Below are positions 6,935 through 12,354 of a stretch of DNA of 12,354 nt, in pieces (the first letter of the stretch is position 1; each line of letters begins with the position of its first letter). This DNA comes from Candidatus Phoenicimicrobium oleiphilum (GTDB lineage Bacteria; Atribacterota; Phoenicimicrobiia; Phoenicimicrobiales; Phoenicimicrobiaceae), in the NCBI GenBank assembly GCA_039638295.1, contig JBDIWJ010000044.1, forward strand, positions 1 through 12,354. The letters run 5' to 3'. The notes below the pieces were generated by a model. That model did not search any database and was not told the DNA's origin. It saw only the letters and a program-made list of their open reading frames with translations. The position numbers were made by a program, and so were the translations under genes.

Positions 6935-8857
6935 ATGCAATTAACAGTTACACAAAAGATAATAAATAAGCATTTGATAAATGGGGAGATGATTCCAGGG
7001 AGAGAGATTGCAATAAGTATTGACCAGACACTCACTCAGGATTCAACCGGAACTATGACCTATCTTGAACTTGAGGCTTTAGGCATTGATAAGATAAAGA
7101 CTAAAAAATCAATAGCTTATATTGATCACAATATGCTGCAAACAGGGGCTGAAAACGCTGATGATCATATTTATATTCAAACAGTAACCAGTAAGTACGG
7201 AATATTTTTTTCAAAACCAGGTAATGGGATATGCCATCAAGTTCATTTAGAGAGATTTGCTGTTCCAGGGCAGACCCTTTTAGGTTCGGATAGCCATACG
7301 CCGACAGCTGGGGCGGTAGGGATGTTAGCTATAGGTGCAGGAGGGATGGATGTTGCTGTAGCTATGGGTAGTGGAGAATATTATATGACTTTGCCAAAAA
7401 TTGTAAAAGTAGAACTCAAAGGGCAATTAAAACCTTGGGTATCTGCAAAGGATATCATACTTGAACTTTTAAAAAGACTGACTGTTAAAGGTGGAATAGG
7501 AAAGATATTTGAATATTCTGGTGAGGGTATCAAAGAGCTGTCTGTCCCTCAGAGGGCAACAATTGCTAATATGGGAGCAGAATCGGGGGCGTTAACTTCT
7601 ATATTTCCGAGTGACGAAATAACCTTAAATTTTTTAAAGGCCCAAGGCAGAGAAAATGAATTTTCAAAAATAGAAGCAGATAAAGGAGCAATTTATGATG
7701 AGGAGATAGAAATAAACCTTTATCAATTAGAGCCCTTAGTAGCCTGTCCTCATAGCCCAGATAGGGTAGTACCAGTATCTTCTTTAAGAGGGCTTAGAGT
7801 TGATCAAGTGGTTATAGGCAGTTGCACAAATTCTTCATATAGTGATTTAATGAAAGTAGCGAAAATTCTTAAGGATAAAACCATTGCTAAACACGTTTCT
7901 TTGGCCATAGCACCAGGGTCAAAACAAGTTTTGTCTATGCTTGCTAAAAATGGAGCTCTAGCAACACTAATTGAGTCAGGTGCAAGGATTCTTGAATGTG
8001 CTTGTGGTCCCTGTATTGGTATGGGTCAATCACCTTCCACAAATGGTGTGTCTTTAAGGACCTTTAATCGCAATTTTGAAGGGAGGTCTGGTACATTTTC
8101 AGCAAAAATCTATTTGGTTAGTCCCGAGGTTGCTGCAGTATCAGCCATTAACGGCTATTTGAGTGATCCAAGGGAATTAGGGAAGCCTCCTTTAGTTAAA
8201 GAACCAGAGCTATTCTTAGTAAATGATAATTTAATTATACCACCAACTAATAATCTTGATGAAATAAAAATAATAAAGGGGCCTAATATAAAACCGTTTC
8301 CATTAGGCAAGCCTTTAAGCTCAAAGATTCAGGGGAAAGTTTTAATAAAGCTGGGGGATAATATTACAACTGACCATATTATGCCATCGAATGCTAAATT
8401 ACTCCCTTATAGATCAAACATTCCTTATCTTTCTAATTATTGTCTGACTCCTTGTGATAAAGATTTCCCCGAGAAGGCTAAGAAAAATAGAGGAGGTTTT
8501 ATAGTTGGGGGTATTAATTATGGACAAGGTTCAAGTAGAGAACATGCCGCCCTTGTTCCTTTGTATCTTGGGATAAAAGTAGTTTTAGCAAAGTCATTTG
8601 CCAGGATACATAAGGCAAATCTTATTAATAGTGGGATAATCCCCTTAGCTTTTAAAAATTTAGAAGATTATGACTATGTTGAGGAAGGAGATGAACTTTT
8701 GATTGAAGATGTCATTTCCCAGGTCAAGGGTAAAACAATTAATGTTATAAATATGACTAAGGACAAAGAATATAAGATGATTTTAGATATTACTCCCCGA
8801 CAGAGAGAGATAATAATTCAAGGAGGTCTTTTGAATTTAATAAGATTGAAAAAATAA
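6935..8857 (+). CDS. Aconitate hydratase (short single-chain type, about 640 aa)
   Basis: QDSTG, DHN, GICHQ, GSDSHT, Fe-S ligands GSCTN and CACGPCIG, RNFEGR, TTDHI and NYGQGSSREHA. Start moved from 6854 to ATG 6935 because GAGGAGG lies at 6918-6924 and this removes the overlap with the upstream gene. Confidence 0.92.
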   Translation: MQLTVTQKIINKHLINGEMIPGREIAISIDQTLTQDSTGTMTYLELEALGIDKIKTKKSIAYIDHNMLQTGAENADDHIYIQTVTSKYGIFFSKPGNGICHQVHLERFAVPGQTLLGSDSHTPTAGAVGMLAIGAGGMDVAVAMGSGEYYMTLPKIVKVELKGQLKPWVSAKDIILELLKRLTVKGGIGKIFEYSGEGIKELSVPQRATIANMGAESGALTSIFPSDEITLNFLKAQGRENEFSKIEADKGAIYDEEIEINLYQLEPLVACPHSPDRVVPVSSLRGLRVDQVVIGSCTNSSYSDLMKVAKILKDKTIAKHVSLAIAPGSKQVLSMLAKNGALATLIESGARILECACGPCIGMGQSPSTNGVSLRTFNRNFEGRSGTFSAKIYLVSPEVAAVSAINGYLSDPRELGKPPLVKEPELFLVNDNLIIPPTNNLDEIKIIKGPNIKPFPLGKPLSSKIQGKVLIKLGDNITTDHIMPSNAKLLPYRSNIPYLSNYCLTPCDKDFPEKAKKNRGGFIVGGINYGQGSSREHAALVPLYLGIKVVLAKSFARIHKANLINSGIIPLAFKNLEDYDYVEEGDELLIEDVISQVKGKTINVINMTKDKEYKMILDITPRQREIIIQGGLLNLIRLKK

Positions 8858-8918
8858 AAGAGTAATTTAATTGTAGTTGAAATATTAAAAAAGAAAAAGG
8901 AAAAACTTAAAGTTAAAT

Positions 8919-9114
8919 TCGTATCTAATAACTCGTATATCGTTAAGATAGTTAACAAGTTTACCCGTTACCTGGTTCAAGAATATAAAACTTTTACTTA
9001 ACTGATTAATTCTTATTATTCAACCGAGAACTTGTTTTTGAAATTAACGATTAGAATTAACTGACTAACTGGCAAACGGGGTAACTAGGAAACTATACGC
9101 ATACTATATACTAT
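8919..9114. repeat. Nested, inverted, degenerate 7-mer and 8-mer micro-arrays in the aconitase-icd spacer
   Basis: Left: TCGTATC/TAATAAC/TCGTATA/TCGTTAA (8919-8946), then GTT-initiated octamers at 8951, 8959, 8967 and 8975. Right: octamers ending in AAC at 9061, 9069, 9077, 9085 and 9093, then TATACGC/ATACTAT/ATACTAT (9094-9114). Confidence 0.6.
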
Positions 9115-9151
9115 GACTGATTAACTAATTTAATGGCAGGAGGTGACTTAA

Positions 9152-10150
9152 TTGACTTATAATATCACCTTAATTCCGGGGGATGGGATTGGTCCGCAAG
9201 TTACCGAAGCGGCTAAAATGGTTTTGGAGGTAAGCGGAGTAAATATTAACTGGGAAGTTGTAGAAGCTGGACAAAAGGCCATTCAAAAATATGGCACACC
9301 TCTTCCTGATTTTGTGATAGATAGTATCAAAAGAAATAGAGTGGCATTAAAAGGACCGGTTACAACACCTATAGGGACAGGTTTCAGAAGTATTAATGTA
9401 GCATTAAGACAAGCGTTAAACTTATATGCAAATGTTAGACCTGTAAAGTCATATAAAGGTATATCATCAAGATATGATGGTATTGATTTGATAATAGTTA
9501 GAGAAAATACAGAAGATCTTTATGCTGGAATAGAGCATAAAATAGGAGAAGATGCAGCTGAGAGTATAAAAATAATAACTAGAAAGGCGAGCGAAAGGAT
9601 TGCAAAGTTTGCTTTTGAACTGGCCAAGAAAGGAGAGAGGAGAAAAGTTACAGCAGTTCACAAGGCAAATATAATGAAATATACAGACGGACTTTTTTTA
9701 GATTGTGTTAGAAAAGTGTCTCAAGAATACCCTAAGATAATTTTTGAAAATGTGATAGTTGATGCAATGAGTATGAAGCTGGTTCAAACACCTCAAGATT
9801 ATGAGGTTTTGGTTATGCCAAATCTTTATGGAGATATACTCTCCGATTTAGCTGCAGGGTTGGTTGGTGGATTAGGGATAGTGCCGGGAGCTAATATAGG
9901 GGAGATGGAAGCTGTATTCGAGCCCGTACATGGATCTGCTCCTGAGTTAGACCCAAATATGGGTAATCCGACAGCGGCAATTTTGTCAGGAGTTATGATG
10001 TTAAGATATTTAGGCGAAAGTAAGGCAGCAGATAAGGTAGAAAAAGCTGTAGAAAAAGTGTTAGAAGAAGGAAGATATTTAACTTGTGATATCGGTGGTA
10101 ATACCAGGACATTAGAATATGCTGAAGCCATTATAGATGCTTTAGAATGA
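9152..10150 (+). CDS. icd: Isocitrate dehydrogenase (isocitrate/isopropylmalate dehydrogenase family), probably NAD-type
   Basis: IPGDGIG, the isocitrate-type substrate loop TTPIGTGFRSINVALRQ (Ser/Asn), RENTED, HKANIMK, NLYGDILSD and EPVHGSAP. TTG start with AGGAGGTG at 9138-9145. Follows citrate synthase and aconitase. Confidence 0.85.
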   Translation: MTYNITLIPGDGIGPQVTEAAKMVLEVSGVNINWEVVEAGQKAIQKYGTPLPDFVIDSIKRNRVALKGPVTTPIGTGFRSINVALRQALNLYANVRPVKSYKGISSRYDGIDLIIVRENTEDLYAGIEHKIGEDAAESIKIITRKASERIAKFAFELAKKGERRKVTAVHKANIMKYTDGLFLDCVRKVSQEYPKIIFENVIVDAMSMKLVQTPQDYEVLVMPNLYGDILSDLAAGLVGGLGIVPGANIGEMEAVFEPVHGSAPELDPNMGNPTAAILSGVMMLRYLGESKAADKVEKAVEKVLEEGRYLTCDIGGNTRTLEYAEAIIDALE

Positions 10151-10178
10151 GGGTAAAATGGTTGTTCAGTTATTTTTC

Positions 10179-10207
10179 TTGACATACAATATGTTTTAAT
10201 ATATTAT
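10179..10207 (+). promoter_or_regulatory. sigma70/sigmaA promoter for the ilvD leader
   Basis: TTGACA 10179-10184, 17-nt spacer, TATTAT 10202-10207. An overlapping TATAAT at 10205-10210 would need a 20-nt spacer. Confidence 0.75.
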
Positions 10208-10221
10208 AATCTTCAAATTAC

Positions 10222-10343
10222 GGGAGTATGCCTAAGATTCTGTCTTATCAAGTTAAGATTAAAGCCTGGACCAAGTGGTATAAAACGCTAATAGTAGTAT
10301 TGGTGTTACACCTTGGGTATAAAAGACCCCAGCGGATAGGCCC
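10222..10343 (+). ncRNA. Second ykkC-family riboswitch aptamer (ppGpp subtype 2a-like, variant 5' core) upstream of ilvD
   Basis: CUAAGAUUCUG (10232-10242), CUGGACCAAG (10266-10275), P1 UAUGCC/GGUAUA, P2 AACGCUAAUA/UAUUGGUGUU, ACACC, GGGU-AUAAAAG-ACCC-CAGCGG-AUAGG, and short P0 GGG/CCC. Branched-chain amino acid genes are the classic subtype 2a association. Confidence 0.83.
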
Positions 10344-10388
10344 CTTTTGTTTTAATTAACGAAATGGATTTATTTGTTGGGGGTTTTT
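10327..10388 (+). terminator. Intrinsic terminator overlapping the 3' end of the second aptamer
   Basis: CCCCAGCGGAUAGG (10327-10340) pairs with UUUAUUUGUUGGGG (10369-10382, several G-U pairs), with inner stem UUUGUU/AACGAA and U5 at 10384-10388. Confidence 0.7.
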
Positions 10389-10426
10389 ATAAACGTGAAA
10401 TAAAAAATTAAAAGTAGGTGAAAAAT

Positions 10427-12088
10427 ATGCGGAGTGATGTAATAAAAAAGGGTTTGGCGAGAGCCCCTCATCGTTCTCTGCTTAAAGCATTAGGAATAAC
10501 CGATGAGGAGATGAAGAAACCCTTCATTGGAGTTGCTCAGGCAGCTAATGAAGTAATTCCGGGACATCTTCATCTGAAGAATATTGCTCAGGCAGTAAAA
10601 GATGGGATAAGAATGGCTGGAGGTGTGCCCTTTGAATTTTCCACTATCGGAATTTGTGATGGTCTGGCTATGAATCACGAAGGGATGAAGTATTCCTTGC
10701 CTAGTAGAGAATTAATTGCTGATTCTATTGAGGTTATGGCTAAGGCACATGCCTTTGACGCATTGGTATTAGTTCCTAATTGTGACAAGATTGTCCCTGG
10801 GATGATTATGGGGGCCTTAAGAGTTAATATACCTACTATCTTAGTAAGCGGTGGTCCTATGCTGGCTGGATTTCACCAGGGAAAGAACATTGCCTTGAGT
10901 AATGTCTTTGAAGCAGTAGGAAAGTTTCAGACAAATTCTATAAGTGAGCAAGAATTAAAAGAAGTAGAAGATTGTGCTTGTCCGGGAATTGGTTCTTGTG
11001 CTGGTCTATATACCGCCAATTCTATGAATATCTGGGCTGAGGCGGCAGGGATAGCTCTTCCTGGTAATGGTACTATTCCTGCTGTTGATGCCCGCAGAAT
11101 AAGGTTAGCCAAACATGCAGGAATGAAAATTATGGAATTGTTTAAAAAAGATGTTAAATTTTTGGATATCCTTACCAAAGAGGCTATAGAAAATGCGATT
11201 ACAGTAGAGATGGCTTTAGGTGGTTCATCTAATACTATGCTCCATTCTTTAGCTATTGCCTTTGAAGCAGGTATCCCTTTGACTATAGATGATTGCAACA
11301 GGATTAGTGAAAAAGTACCTCAACTTTGTAGTTTATCTCCTGCTGGGAGATATCATATTCAAGATTTAGATAGAGCCGGAGGAGTTTTTGCTTTAATTAA
11401 AGAATTAAGTAAAAAGAGGATAATTAATTTACAGGCAATTAGCGTAAATGGTAAAAATATTAGGGAAAATATTACTGACGCCAAAATATTAGATAATGAG
11501 GTAATACGTAATCTGGAAAATCCTTATAATTCAGAAGGCGGTATTATCTTCTTAAAAGGTAATCTGGCTCCCCAGGGGGCAGTAGTGAAGAAGTCAGCAG
11601 TTCATCCTGATATGCTGATACATGAGGGACCAGCCCGGGTATTTGAATCAGAAGAAGAGAGTACCAAAGCAATATTAGAGGGAAAGATTAAAAAAGGAGA
11701 TGTTATAGTAATCCGCTATGAAGGTCCTAAAGGCGGACCGGGAATGAGGGAGATGTTGACTCCTACCTCAGCAATTGCTGGTATGGGTTTGGATAAAGAT
11801 GTGGCTTTGATTACCGATGGACGTTTTTCGGGGGCTACTCGAGGAGCATCTATCGGGCACATATCTCCAGAAGCAGCGGTGGGAGGACCTATAGCCATTG
11901 TAGAAAACAGAGATATTATCAAAATTGATATCCCGCAAAAGAGATTAGACCTAAAGTTAGAAGAAAAAGAGATAAAGAAGAGATTAAGTGAATTGAAATT
12001 GCCTTCTTCTAAAATAAAATCAGGGTATTTAAAATATTATACTAATTTTGTGGGACCTGCAGATAAAGGAGCAGTGAGGAGTATTTAA
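10427..12088 (+). CDS. ilvD: Dihydroxy-acid dehydratase
   Basis: MRSDxxKKGxxRAPHRSL N-terminus, [58 protein letters not shown] and [10 protein letters not shown] 10427 is preferred to GTG 10418 because that GTG is part of the AGGTG RBS (10416-10420). Confidence 0.96.
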   Translation: MRSDVIKKGLARAPHRSLLKALGITDEEMKKPFIGVAQAANEVIPGHLHLKNIAQAVKDGIRMAGGVPFEFSTIGICDGLAMNHEGMKYSLPSRELIADSIEVMAKAHAFDALVLVPNCDKIVPGMIMGALRVNIPTILVSGGPMLAGFHQGKNIALSNVFEAVGKFQTNSISEQELKEVEDCACPGIGSCAGLYTANSMNIWAEAAGIALPGNGTIPAVDARRIRLAKHAGMKIMELFKKDVKFLDILTKEAIENAITVEMALGGSSNTMLHSLAIAFEAGIPLTIDDCNRISEKVPQLCSLSPAGRYHIQDLDRAGGVFALIKELSKKRIINLQAISVNGKNIRENITDAKILDNEVIRNLENPYNSEGGIIFLKGNLAPQGAVVKKSAVHPDMLIHEGPARVFESEEESTKAILEGKIKKGDVIVIRYEGPKGGPGMREMLTPTSAIAGMGLDKDVALITDGRFSGATRGASIGHISPEAAVGGPIAIVENRDIIKIDIPQKRLDLKLEEKEIKKRLSELKLPSSKIKSGYLKYYTNFVGPADKGAVRSI

Positions 12089-12179
12089 TAATGACAGAAA
12101 AGAGGAAGCTCCGATGGCAGAAGAAAATGTAAAGGTATTTAGAAAACGAACTAATATATACTTGACACTTATTTTTTTC

Positions 12180-12208
12180 TTGACATTTAGAATTAATTGT
12201 AGTATAGT
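12180..12208 (+). promoter_or_regulatory. sigma70/sigmaA promoter for the T-box leader
   Basis: TTGACA 12180-12185, 17-nt spacer, TATAGT 12203-12208. Confidence 0.75.
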
Positions 12209-12230
12209 TTTTTACAATAAATAAAAAATA

Positions 12231-12354
12231 AAACTTTGGAAGGAAAAGTAGGCTAACTGAATTGCTAAAGAGAGCCAATGGGTGGTGTGAATTGGCAGCA
12301 TAAGTTTGTCGAAGATCTCGCCTTCAATATTTTAGGCACAGGTGAACTTTTAAT
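12231..12354 (+). ncRNA. T-box riboswitch leader, Stem I (truncated by window end), probable Leu (CUC) specifier
   Basis: GAAGG (12239-12243) pairs with CCUUC (12321-12325). AGUA/GAA loop-E motif, AGAGAG bulge, GCCAAU/AUUGGC stem with a GGUGUGA distal loop, and specifier loop GAAGAUCUCG with CUC at 12317-12319 followed by a purine. The T-box antiterminator is outside the window. Confidence 0.8.

Noticed and set aside
8858..9151. CRISPR array, IS or MITE in the aconitase-icd spacer
   Set aside because: No 23-47-nt repeats with spacers, no cas or transposase gene, and no perfect terminal inverted repeats or target duplication seen.
5497..10150. leuA-leuCD-leuB (or homocitrate lysine pathway) interpretation of the three enzymes
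   Set aside because: The synthase has Re-citrate synthase motifs and no LeuA regulatory domain, the hydratase is a single-chain aconitase type, and the dehydrogenase has the isocitrate-type RSxNVALR loop.
12162..12193. Additional TTGACA (12162-12167) as a second promoter
   Set aside because: The nearest -10-like hexamer, TAGAAT (12188-12193), is 20 nt away. The 12180 copy has correct spacing.

Overview
AT-rich bacterial window with Firmicutes-style regulatory signals, probably from an anaerobe; all supported genes are on the + strand. Gene order: 3' end of a GltD/NfnB-like flavoprotein, EamA/DMT transporter, AMP-binding acyl-CoA ligase, GAF-ANTAR regulator, glutamate dehydrogenase, Re-citrate synthase, aconitase, isocitrate dehydrogenase, ilvD, and the start of a T-box leader. 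The main result is in the non-coding DNA. A sigma70/A promoter drives a ykkC-family riboswitch with ppGpp-subtype features, whose terminator gates the GAF-ANTAR gene. Directly after that gene are three ANTAR-type hexaloop hairpins, the last overlapping a second terminator in front of a complete acetyl-CoA + oxaloacetate to glutamate pathway. This reads as a two-tier RNA antitermination cascade (AND gate). Also present: a second, variant ykkC riboswitch before ilvD, a Leu (CUC) T-box after it, a 51-nt tandem duplication at the GDH N-terminus, and nested inverted 7-mer/8-mer micro-arrays between aconitase and icd. All calls come from reading motifs by eye; no searches were run.
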